Shown piece after piece: positions 52,639 through 64,000 of a stretch of DNA of 64,000 nucleotides. A program made the translations under genes and the position numbers. The stretch is from assembly GCA_964016885.1 (NCBI GenBank), contig OZ024765.1, forward strand, positions 23,002,001 through 23,066,000, given 5' to 3'. Numbering within the stretch: the stretch's first letter is position 1; every line of letters begins with the position of its first letter. The DNA comes from Eledone cirrhosa (Eukaryota). The notes below the pieces were generated by a model. It was not told where the DNA came from. It saw only the letters and a program-made list of their open reading frames with translations, and made no database searches.

Positions 52639-53527
52639 CCCATTTATTTAATATCGTATATCTACTCCAAAAACTTGTCGAGTGCTTTATATCAGTTATA
52701 AAATATGAAATAAATATGGTTTTATAAATATAGTTTCCATTTGTTTAATATCGTATATCTACTCCAAAAACTTGTCGAGTGCTTTATATCAGTTATAAAA
52801 TATGAAATAAATATGGTTTTATAAATATAGTTTCCATTTATTTAATATCGTATATCTACTCCAAAAACTTGTCGAGTGCTTTATATCAGTTATAAAATAT
52901 GAAATAAATATGGTTTTATAAATATAGTTTCCATTTATTTAATATCGTATATCTACTCCAAAAACTTGTCGAGTGCTTTATACAGTTATAAAATATGAAA
53001 TAAATATGGTTTTATAAATATAGTTTCCATTTATGTAATATCGTATATCTACTCCAAAAACTTGTCGAGTGCTTTATATCAGTTATAAAATATGAAATAA
53101 ATATGGTTTTATAAATATAGTTTCCATTTATTTAATATCGTATATCTACTCCAAAAACTTGTCGAGTGCTTTATATCAGTTATAAAATATGAAATAAATA
53201 TGGTTTTATAAATATAGTTTCCATTTATTTAATATCGTATATCTACTCCAAAAACTTGTCGAGTGCTTTATACAGTTATAAAATATGAAATAAATATGGT
53301 TTTATAAATATAGTTTCCATTTATGTAATATCGTATATCTACTCCAAAAACTTGTCGAGTGCTTTATATCAGTTATAAAATATGAAATAAATATGGTTTT
53401 ATAAATATAGTTTCCATTTATTTAATATCGTATATCTACTCCAAAAACTTGTCGAGTGCTATATATCAGTTATAAAATATGAAATAAATATGGTTTTATA
53501 AATATAGTTTCCATTTATTTAATATCG

Positions 53528-53530
<3 letters not shown>
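52639..53530 (+). repeat. 97-bp tandem array, ~9 copies, homologous to 28708-28804
   Basis: Period 97 (52661, 52758, 52855). Confidence 0.92.
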
Positions 53531-53558
<28 letters not shown>

Positions 53559-53744
53559 AATAAATAAAAGTTCAGACATGTTCATATCAAAGAAGGATAT
53601 AACAATTTTGGAGATGTCGAGGAGCACAAAAGCCTGGGAACTCCTGGATTAGGTTGACCAAGTCTTAATAATATTCCTCTTTATAAAATTTATTTTTTTT
53701 CTTTCAATTCTTATTTCAAATCGTTTGTTTGGTATGTAATTCAG

Positions 53745-53905
53745 ACATGGTGACTGTATTTCCCTCCAAATCTGATGACTCCACTGTGATTGTCAACGCT
53801 GATGGTATTTATGTCACTTCCATCGCTGTCCTCTCACTTAACCTGAAGTTGTCTGTGAAGAACTTCTATAAACCAGAATTCCAGGGAAAAGTTCTCGTCA
53901 CGGAG
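53745..53905 (+). CDS. ARFGEF3: ARFGEF3/BIG3 coding exon
   Basis: attcag|ACATG...ACGGAG|gtaatc; 161 nt, DMVTVFPSKSDDSTVIVNADGIYVTSIAVLSLNLKLSVKNFYKPEFQGKVLVTE (cf. MNADSLY...LLLNLKLS). Confidence 0.85.
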
Positions 53906-54039
53906 GTAATCATATTTATATACACATCCACAAACACGCACACATGTATACACATACACCTTTGATGAGTTGTAGTGCACCTGAGCATTGTACACAATAA
54001 TTTCATTATCATTATTTGCTATTGTTATGTTTATTACAG

Positions 54040-54196
54040 GAGCAGTTTGTAGACAATGTCCTTAACAGTGGCTTGGTCGTGTTTCTGTCAACAACTTGGC
54101 TCAATGAGGTCTATAAACAGATTCTAGCAACTGACCTCCTCCACAACGCTGGATACCACTTTGATGATGAATCACCTCTTATTTCAATGCTTACAG
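54040..54196 (+). CDS. ARFGEF3: ARFGEF3/BIG3 coding exon
   Basis: ttacag|GAG...CTTACAG|gtaaac; 157 nt, EQFVDNVLNSGLVVFLSTTWLNEVYKQILATDLLHNAGYHFDDESPLISMLT (cf. PLITMLTDIDGL). Confidence 0.92.
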
Positions 54197-57100
54197 GTAA
54201 ACATTAAGACTTAACTTACAGGTAAACATTAAGACTTAACTTACAGGTAAACATTAAGACCTAACTTACAGGTAAACATTAAGACTTAACTTACAGGTAA
54301 ACATTAAGACTTAACTTACAGGTAAACATTAAGACCTAACTTACAGGTAAACATTAAGACTTAACTTACAGGTAAACATTAAGACTTAACTTACAGGTAA
54401 ACATTAAGACTTAACTTACAGGTAAACATTAAGACTTAACTTACAGGTAAACATTAAGACTTAACTTACAGGTAAACATTAAGACTTAACTTACAGGTAA
54501 ACATTAAGACTTAACTTACAGGTAAACATTAAGACTTAACTTACAGGTAAACATTAAGACCTAACTTACAGGTAAACATTAAGACTTAACTTACAGGTAA
54601 ACATTAAGACCTAACTTACAGGTAAACATTAAGACTTAACTTACAGGTAAACATTAAGACCTAACTTACAGGTAAACATTAAGACTTAACTTACAGGTAA
54701 ACATTAAGACTTAACTTACAGGTAAACATTAAGACTTAACTTACAGGTAAACATTAAGACTTAACTTACAGGTAAACATTAAGACTTAACTTACAGGTAA
54801 ACATTAAGACCTAACTTACAGGTAAACATTAAGACTTAACTTACAGGTAAACATTAAGACCTAACTTACAGGTAAACATTAAGACTTAACTTACAGGTAA
54901 ACATTAAGACCTAACTTACAGGTAAACATTAAGACTTAACTTACAGGTAAACATTAAGACTTAACTTACAGGTAAACATTAAGACTTAACTTACAGGTAA
55001 ACATTAAGACCTAACTTACAGGTAAACATTAAGACTTAACTTACAGGTAAACATTAAGACCTAACTTACAGGTAAACATTAAGACTTAACTTACAGGTAA
55101 ACATTAAGACTTAACTTACAGGTAAACATTAAGACTTAACTTACAGGTAAACATTAAGACCTAACTTACAGGTAAACATTAAGACCTAACTTACAGGTAA
55201 ACATTAAGACCTAACTTACAGGTAAACATTAAGACTTAACTTACAGGTAAACATTAAGACCTAACTTACAGGTAAACATTAAGACTTAACTTACAGGTAA
55301 ACATTAAGACTTAACTTACAGGTAAACATTAAGACTTAACTTACAGGTAAACATTAAGACTTAACTTACAGGTAAACATTAAGACTTAACTTACAGGTAA
55401 ACATTAAGACCTAACTTACAGGTAAACATTAAGACTTAACTTACAGGTAAACATTAAGACCTAACTTACAGGTAAACATTAAGACTTAACTTACAGGTAA
55501 ACATTAAGACTTAACTTACAGGTAAACATTAAGACCTAACTTACAGGTAAACATTAAGACTTAACTTACAGGTAAACATTAAGACTTAACTTACAGGTAA
55601 ACATTAAGACTTAACTTACAGGTAAACATTAAGACTTAACTTACAGGTAAACATTAAGACTTAACTTACAGGTAAACATTAAGACCTAACTTACAGGTAA
55701 ACATTAAGACCTAACTTACAGGTAAACATTAAGACTTAACTTACAGGTAAACATTAAGACTTAACTTACAGGTAAACATTAAGACTTAACTTACAGGTAA
55801 ACATTAAGACTTAACTTACAGGTAAACATTAAGACTTAACTTACAGGTAAACATTAAGACTTAACTTACAGGTAAACATTAAGACTTAACTTACAGGTAA
55901 ACATTAAGACTTAACTTACAGGTAAACATTAAGACTTAACTTACAGGTAAACATTAAGACCTAACTTACAGGTAAACATTAAGACCTAACTTACAGGTAA
56001 ACATTAAGACCTAACTTACAGGTAAACATTAAGACTTAACTTACAGGTAAACATTAAGACCTAACTTACAGGTAAACATTAAGACTTAACTTACAGGTAA
56101 ACATTAAGACTTAACTTACAGGTAAACATTAAGACTTAACTTACAGGTAAACATTAAGACTTAACTTACAGGTAAACATTAAGACTTAACTTACAGGTAA
56201 ACATTAAGACCTAACTTACAGGTAAACATTAAGACTTAACTTACAGGTAAACATTAAGACCTAACTTACAGGTAAACATTAAGACTTAACTTACAGGTAA
56301 ACATTAAGACTTAACTTACAGGTAAACATTAAGACCTAACTTACAGGTAAACATTAAGACTTAACTTACAGGTAAACATTAAGACTTAACTTACAGGTAA
56401 ACATTAAGACTTAACTTACAGGTAAACATTAAGACTTAACTTACAGGTAAACATTAAGACTTAACTTACAGGTAAACATTAAGACTTAACTTACAGGTAA
56501 ACATTAAGACTTAACTTACAGGTAAACATTAAGACTTAACTTACAGGTAAACATTAAGACTTAACTTACAGGTAAACATTAAGACTTAACTTACAGGTAA
56601 ACATTAAGACTTAACTTACAGGTAAACATTAAGACTTAACTTACAGGTAAACATTAAGACCTAACTTACAGGTAAACATTAAGACTTAACTTACAGGTAA
56701 ACATTAAGACCTAACTTACAGGTAAACATTAAGACTTAACTTACAGGTAAACATTAAGACTTAACTTACAGGTAAACATTAAGACCTAACTTACAGGTAA
56801 ACATTAAGACTTAACTTACAGGTAAACATTAAGACTTAACTTACAGGTAAACATTAAGACTTAACTTACAGGTAAACATTAAGACTTAACTTACAGGTAA
56901 ACATTAAGACCTAACTTACAGGTAAACATTAAGACTTAACTTACAGGTAAACATTAAGACTTAACTTACAGGTAAACATTAAGACTTAACTTACAGGTAA
57001 ACATTAAGACTTAACTTACAGGTAAACATTAAGACCTAACTTACAGGTAAACATTAAGACTTAACTTACAGGTAAACATTAAGACTTAACTTACAGGTAA

Positions 57101-59359
57101 ACATTAAGACTTAACTTACAGGTAAACATTAAGACTTAACTTACAGGTAAACATTAAGACTTAACTTACAGGTAAACATTAAGACCTAACTTACAGGTAA
57201 ACATTAAGACTTAACTTACAGGTAAACATTAAGACTTAACTTACAGGTAAACATTAAGACTTAACTTACAGGTAAACATTAAGACTTAACTTACAGGTAA
57301 ACATTAAGACTTAACTTACAGGTAAACATTAAGACTTAACTTACAGGTAAACATTAAGACTTAACTTACAGGTAAACATTAAGACTTAACTTACAGGTAA
57401 ACATTAAGACCTAACTTACAGGTAAACATTAAGACTTAACTTACAGGTAAACATTAAGACTTAACTTACAGGTAAACATTAAGACTTAACTTACAGGTAA
57501 ACATTAAGACTTAACTTACAGGTAAACATTAAGACTTAACTTACAGGTAAACATTAAGACTTAACTTACAGGTAAACATTAAGACTTAACTTACAGGTAA
57601 ACATTAAGACCTAACTTACAGGTAAACATTAAGACTTAACTTACAGGTAAACATTAAGACTTAACTTACAGGTAAACATTAAGACTTAACTTACAGGTAA
57701 ACATTAAGACCTAACTTACAGGTAAACATTAAGACTTAACTTACAGGTAAACATTAAGACTTAACTTACAGGTAAACATTAAGACTTAACTTACAGGTAA
57801 ACATTAAGACCTAACTTACAGGTAAACATTAAGACTTAACTTACAGGTAAACATTAAGACTTAACTTACAGGTAAACATTAAGACCTAACTTACAGGTAA
57901 ACATTAAGACCTAACTTACAGGTAAACATTAAGACTTAACTTACAGGTAAACATTAAGACTTAACTTACAGGTAAACATTAAGACTTAACTTACAGGTAA
58001 ACATTAAGACCTAACTTACAGGTAAACATTAAGACTTAACTTACAGGTAAACATTAAGACTTAACTTACAGGTAAACATTAAGACTTAACTTACAGGTAA
58101 ACATTAAGACTTAACTTACAGGTAAACATTAAGACTTAACTTACAGGTAAACATTAAGACCTAACTTACAGGTAAACATTAAGACTTAACTTACAGGTAA
58201 ACATTAAGACTTAACTTACAGGTAAACATTAAGACTTAACTTACAGGTAAACATTAAGACTTAACTTACAGGTAAACATTAAGACTTAACTTACAGGTAA
58301 ACATTAAGACTTAACTTACAGGTAAACATTAAGACTTAACTTACAGGTAAACATTAAGACCTAACTTACAGGTAAACATTAAGACTTAACTTACAGGTAA
58401 ACATTAAGACTTAACTTACAGGTAAACATTAAGACTTAACTTACAGGTAAACATTAAGACCTAACTTACAGGTAAACATTAAGACTTAACTTACAGGTAA
58501 ACATTAAGACTTAACTTACAGGTAAACATTAAGACTTAACTTACAGGTAAACATTAAGACTTAACTTACAGGTAAACATTAAGACTTAACTTACAGGTAA
58601 ACATTAAGACTTAACTTACAGGTAAACATTAAGACCTAACTTACAGGTAAACATTAAGACTTAACTTACAGGTAAACATTAAGACTTAACTTACAGGTAA
58701 ACATTAAGACTTAACTTACAGGTAAACATTAAGACTTAACTTACAGGTAAACATTAAGACTTAACTTACAGGTAAACATTAAGACCTAACTTACAGGTAA
58801 ACATTAAGACCTAACTTACAGGTAAACATTAAGACTTAACTTACAGGTAAACATTAAGACCTAACTTACAGGTAAACATTAAGACTTAACTTACAGGTAA
58901 ACATTAAGACTTAACTTACAGGTAAACATTAAGACTTAACTTACAGGTAAACATTAAGACTTAACTTACAGGTAAACATTAAGACCTAACTTACAGGTAA
59001 ACATTAAGACTTAACTTTCAGGTAAACATTAAGACTTAACTTTCAGGTAAACATTAAGACTTAACTTTCAGGTAAACATTAAGACTTAACTTTCAGATAA
59101 ACATTAAGACTTAACTTTCAGATAAACATTAAGACTTAACTTTCAGGTAAACATTAAGACTTAACTTACAGGTAAACATTAAGACTTAACTTACAGGTAA
59201 ACATTAAGACTTAACTTACAGGTAAACATTAAGACTTAACTTTCAGGTAAACATTAAGACTTAACTTTCAGGTAAACATTAAGACTTAACTTACAGTTAA
59301 ACATTAAGACTTAACTTAGAGGTAAACATTAAGACCTAACTTAGAGGTAAACATTAAGA
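54190..59359 (+). repeat. 25-bp tandem array, ~207 copies, spanning the exon/intron junction (cttacag|gtaaacattaagac(t/c)taa)
   Basis: The first unit overlaps the last 7 nt of exon 54040-54196 and its donor. Confidence 0.97.
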
Positions 59360-59399
59360 TTTACAGGACATTGACTTAAGTTACCACTAATTGTTACAA

Positions 59400-59775
59400 T
59401 GATGCAGTCATAATGCAGTTTTGTACTCTTTAAGAATGTTTAGCTGATTTGGTTTCATGGGGCTTGTTAATTCAAATGTTTGTAGTATCTTTATTAATGG
59501 ACAGGTTACTGTAACTATTTGCTGTGTTAAATTAAAGACTTTAATATTTAATGTGATGTAGTCATAGTGTTGTTTTGTAGTAAATGTTTATAGTATCTTT
59601 ACTGGTGGACAGATTGTTGTGAAAATTCACAGTATTACAGTAAAGACTTTAATATTTAATATGATGTAGTCATAGTGTTGTTTTGTACTCTTCTAGATTG
59701 TCTAGCTGATGTGGTTTCATGGGGTTTGTTAGTTCAAATGTTTGTAGTATCTTTACTAATGGACATATTGTTTTC
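59400..59775. repeat. Degenerate 108-bp-repeat family copy
   Basis: Contains taaagactttaatatttaat(g/a)tgatgtagtcatagtgttgttttgta units. Confidence 0.75.
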
Positions 59776-59824
59776 CTGTGTTCTTTACAAGTTATCTCCT
59801 TTCTCTCCTCACCTTCCTCCTCAG

Positions 59825-60031
59825 ATATCGATGGTTTGGACAGTCACGAACTGTGTGGACAAATTCTGATGGACGCTCGTCATACCTGCAATACACTGCT
59901 GTCTGATGATGATGATGATGATGATGATGAGGAGGTGCTGGAGGTGGCAGAGAGCAGGGTGCGGAGGGGAGGAGATGGTGGACATTCGGGCAGAAGACAT
60001 ATACGACCAAGTAAAGAGGCAGTAATTGCAG
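59825..60031 (+). CDS. ARFGEF3: ARFGEF3/BIG3 coding exon
   Basis: cctcag|ATATC...TTGCAG|gtacgt; 207 nt, DIDGLDSHELCGQILMD...KEAVIA, joining MLT to give the conserved MLTDIDGL. Confidence 0.9.
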
Positions 60032-60087
60032 GTACGTGGCATCATCATCACCACCATTACAATCAGTAATTCCACCTTAACTCATCT

Positions 60088-60732
60088 TTAACTCTTAACA
60101 TTCTGTAATGATTTAGCAGAAAATATCTAAAAACAAGTTTGTAAATTCAAATGTTTATAGTATCTTTACTGGTAGACAGATTGTTGTGAATATTTACAGT
60201 ATTACAGTAAAGACTTTAATATTTAATGTGATGTAGTCATAGTGTTGTTTTGTACTAAATGTTTATAGTATCTTTACTGGTGGACAGACTGTTGTGAAAA
60301 TTTACAGTATTACAGTAAAGACTTTAATATTTAATGTGATGTAGTCATAGTGTTGTTTTGTACTAAATGTTTATAGTATCTTTACTGGTGGACAGATTGT
60401 TGTGAATATTTACAGTATTACAGTAAAGACTTTAATATTTAATGTGATGTAGTCATAGTGTTGTTTTGTACTAAATGTTTATAGTATCTTTACTGGTGGA
60501 CAGACTGTTGTGAAAATTTACAGTATTACAGTAAAGACTTTAATATTTAATGTGATGTAGTCATAGTGTTGTTTTGTACTAAATGTTTATAGTATCTTTA
60601 CTAGTGGACATATTGTTGTGAATATTTACAGTATTACAGTAAAGACTTTAATATTTAAGGTGATGTAGTCATAGTGTTGTTTTGTATTTCTCAAGAATGT
60701 CTTATTGATGTGGTACAGAACTCTAATAGTTA
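60088..60732. mobile_element. 108-bp-repeat MITE-like family copy (~5 units)
   Basis: 5' flank ttaactcttaacattctgtaat matches the 16304 end; same unit; similar 3' flank. Confidence 0.75.
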
Positions 60733-60747
60733 GACACTCTCCGACAG

Positions 60748-60966
60748 GTAAAAGACTGGCCAAGCGAATCCTCTCCACCTGTTGGGATGGTCTGATTGAT
60801 GTTCTTGCTGTTCTGCTGAATGGGAAGAGTTCCTGTGGTATAACCAGTAGCCTTGCCCTAATGCTTGGCACCGAAGGAGCAAGGGAGGAGAGCCTGAAGG
60901 CCCGAGATGCTATATGTCAGAGTTTAACTGGTTTACAGAAGGCTGCCAAACTATGTTGCATTCTGG
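60748..60966 (+). CDS. ARFGEF3: ARFGEF3/BIG3 coding exon (last in window)
   Basis: cgacag|GTAAA...TCTGG|gtaagt; 219 nt, GKRLAKRILSTCWDGLIDVLAVLLNGKSSCGITSSLALMLGTEGAREESLKARDAICQSLTGLQKAAKLCCILG (cf. RDAICMSLDGLRKAARLSCALG). Confidence 0.94.
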
Positions 60967-61177
60967 GTAAGTTATTACATCACATTTCTCGCCCCGACCC
61001 CACCCCTCCTTTTTTTGATACCAAACTAACCCCTGAAACTTCCTACTGGGTCAAAACTGGGGTTGATTTAATCAACTTTCCCCTCTCCCAAAATTGCTGG
61101 CCTTGTGCCTATATAAGAAACCATTATATTATTATTTTATTATATTATTATTTTATTATATTATTATATTATTTATA

Positions 61178-61372
61178 AGGGCGGTGGATTGGCAGTATCA
61201 GTAGAGAGTCGGACGCCATGCTTTCCAGCATAGAGTTACCTCCCTTTATGGTCTGAGTTCAAATCCCGCCAAGGTTGACTTTGCCTTTCATCCTTACGGG
61301 GGTCGATAAAATAAAGTACCAGTAATGCACTGGGTAATTGCTGGCCTTGTGCCTAAAGTAGAAACAATTATT
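61178..61372 (+). mobile_element. SINE family B copy
   Basis: Full head, B box gagttcaaatcc, central domain and (TTA)n tail. Confidence 0.82.
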
Positions 61373-61400
61373 ATATTATTATTTTATTATATTATTTATA

Positions 61401-63918
61401 AGGGTGGTGGATTGGCAGTATCAGTAGAGGGTCTGACACCATGTTAGGGTGGTGGATTGGCAGTATCTGTAGAGGGTCGGATGCCATGGTAGGGTGGTGG
61501 ATTGGCAGTATCAGTAGAGGGTCTGACACCATGTTAGGGTGGTGGATTGGCAGTATCAGTAGAGGGTTGGACCCCATGGTAGGGTGGTGGATTGGCAGTA
61601 TCTGTAGAGGGTTGGACCCCATGGTAGGGTGGTGGATTGGCAGTATCAGTAGAGGGTCTGACACCATGTTAGGGTGGTGGATTGGCAGTATCAGTAGAGG
61701 GTTGGACCCCATGGTAGGGTGGTGGATTGGCAGTATCAGTAGAGGGTCTGACACCATGTTAGGGTGGTGGATTGGCAGTATCAGTAGAGGGTCTGACACC
61801 ATGTTAGGGTGGTGGATTGGCAGTATCTGTAGAGGGTCTGACACCATGTTAGGGTGGTGGATTGGCAGTATCTGTAGAGGGTCTGACACCATGTTAGGGT
61901 GGTGGATTGGCAGTATCAGTAGAGGGTTGGACCCCATGGTAGGGTGGTGGATTGGCAGTATCTGTAGAGGGTTGGACCCCATGGTAGGGTGGTGGATTGG
62001 CAGTATCAGTAGAGGGTCTGACACCATGTTAGGGTGGTGGATTGGCAGTATCAGTAGAGGGTTGGACCCCATGGTAGGGTGGTGGATTGGCAGTATCAGT
62101 AGAGGGTCTGACACCATGTTAGGGTGGTGGATTGGCAGTATCAGTAGAGGGTCTGACACCATGTTAGGGTGGTGGATTGGCAGTATCTGTAGAGGGTCTG
62201 ACACCATGTTAGGGTGGTGGATTGGCAGTATCTGTAGAGGGTCTGACACCATGTTAGGGTGGTGGATTGGCAGTATCTGTAGAGGGTCTGACACCATGTT
62301 AGGGTGGTGGATTGGCAGTATCTGTAGAGGGTTGGACCCCATGGTAGGGTGGTGGATTGGCAGTATCTGTAGAGGGTCTGACACCATGTTAGGGTGGTGG
62401 ATTGGCAGTATCTGTAGAGGGTTGGACCCCATGGTAGGGTGGTGGATTGGCAGTATCAGTAGAGGGTCTGACACCATGTTAGGGTGGTGGATTGGCAGTA
62501 TCTGTAGAGGGTCTGACACCATGTTAGGGTGGTGGATTGGCAGTATCAGTAGAGGGTCGGATGCCATGGTAGGGTGGTGGATTGGCAGTATCGGTAGAGG
62601 GTCGGATGCCATGTTAGGGTGGTGGATTGGCAGTATCTGTAGAGGGTCGGACGCCATGTGAGGGTGGTGGATTGGCAGTATCTGTAGAGAGTCGGATGCC
62701 ATGTTAGGGTGGTGGATTGGCAGTATCTGTAGAGGGTCTGACACCATGTTAGGGTGGTGGATTGGCAGTATCTGTAGAGGGTTGGACCCCATGGTAGGGT
62801 GGTGGATTGGCAGTATCAGTAGAGGGTCTGACACCATGTTAGGGTGGTGGATTGGCAGTATCAGTAGAGGGTCTGACACCATGTTAGGGTGGTGGATTGG
62901 CAGTATCTGTAGAGGGTCGGATGCCATGTTAGGGTGGTGGATTGGCAGTATCTGTAGAGGGTCGGACACCATGTGAGGGTGGTGGATTGGCAGTATCAGT
63001 AGAGGGTTGGACCCCATGGTAGGGTGGTGGATTGGCAGTATCTGTAGAGGGTCGGATGCCATGTTAGGGTGGTGGATTGGCAGTATCTGTAGAGGGTCGG
63101 ACACCATGTGAGGGTGGTGGATTGGCAGTATCGGTAGAGGGTCGGATGCCATGTTAGGGTGGTGGATTGGCAGTATCTGTAGAGGGTCGGACGCCATGTG
63201 AGGGTGGTGGATTGGCAGTATCTGTAGAGAGTCGGACCCCATGGTAGGGTGGTGGATTGGCAGTATCTGTAGAGAGTCGGACACCATGGTAGGGTGGTGG
63301 ATTGGCAGTATCTGTAGAGAGTCGGACACCATGGTAGGGTGGTGGATTGGCAGTATCAGTAGAGGGTTGGATGCCATGGTAGGGTGGTGGATTGGCAGTA
63401 TCAGTAGAGGGTTGGATGCCATGGTAGGGTGGTGGATTGGCAGTATCAGTAGAGGGTTGGACCCCATGGTAGTGTGGTGGATTGGCAGTATCAGTAGAGA
63501 GTCGGATGCCATGGTAGGGTGGTGGATTGGCAGTATCAGTAGAGGGTAGGACACCATGGTAGGGTGGTGGATTGGCAGTATCAGTAGAGGGTCGGATGCC
63601 ATGCTAGGGTGGTGGATTGGCAGTATCAGTAGAGAGTCGGATGCCATGGTAGGGTGGTGGATTGGCAGTATAGGTAGAGGGTAGGACCCCATGGTAGGGT
63701 GGTGGATTGGCAGTATAGGTAGAGGGTAGGACCCCATGGTAGGGTGGTGGATTGGCAGTATCTGTAGAGGGTCGGATGCCATGGTAGTGTGGTGGATTGG
63801 CAGTATCTGTAGAGAGTCGGACCCCATGGTAGGGTGGTGGATTGGCAGTATCAGTAGAGAGTCGGATGCCATGGTAGTGTGGTGGATTGGCAGTATCTGT
63901 AGAGAGTCGGATGCCATG
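61401..63918 (+). repeat. 45-bp tandem array, ~56 copies, of the SINE family B 5' end; runs into a SINE body at 63919-64000
   Basis: Unit agggtggtggattggcagtatcagtagagggtctgacaccatgtt matches 61178-61221; the last unit continues ctttccagcatagagttacc...gagttcaaatccc. Confidence 0.93.
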
Positions 63919-64000
63919 CTTTCCAGCATAGAGTTACCTCCCTTTATGGTCTGAGTTCAAATCCCGCCGAGGTTGACTTTGCCTTTCATCCTTACGGGGG

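Noticed and set aside
54197-59359. Array units as 25-nt micro-introns or coding microexons
   Set aside because: 25 nt is below the usual metazoan intron minimum, and inclusion hits an in-frame TAA immediately; kept only as a splice-site-choice question
61392-63929. 845-aa repeat protein ORF on -
   Set aside because: Translation of a 45-bp SINE-head satellite

Overview
Repeat-rich eukaryotic (metazoan) genomic DNA, probably from a cephalopod such as Octopus; the taxon is inferred from SINE/RTE content and microsatellite load and is not proven. The window lies inside one + strand gene, an ARFGEF3/BIG3 orthologue. I traced 16 internal coding exons (5477-60966, 2760 nt), all with AG/GT ends and consistent phases; the first exon and 3' half lie outside the window. 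Introns hold RTE LINEs, a Penelope-like element, a DD37D Tc1/mariner, two tRNA-derived SINE families, TTAA-flanked MITE-like elements and many tandem arrays. Most striking: (1) a 310-bp tandem array with one well-formed type I hammerhead ribozyme per unit, arranged as two opposed blocks (retrozyme-like, 7 ribozymes); (2) further fold-back hammerhead elements, plus a 97-bp satellite whose unit junction falls at the predicted self-cleavage site; (3) tandem arrays built from the gene's own splice sites, namely ~207 copies of a 5' splice site and duplicated 3' splice sites. Long ORFs in minisatellites are artefacts. All calls were made by eye; repeat boundaries and copy numbers are approximate.
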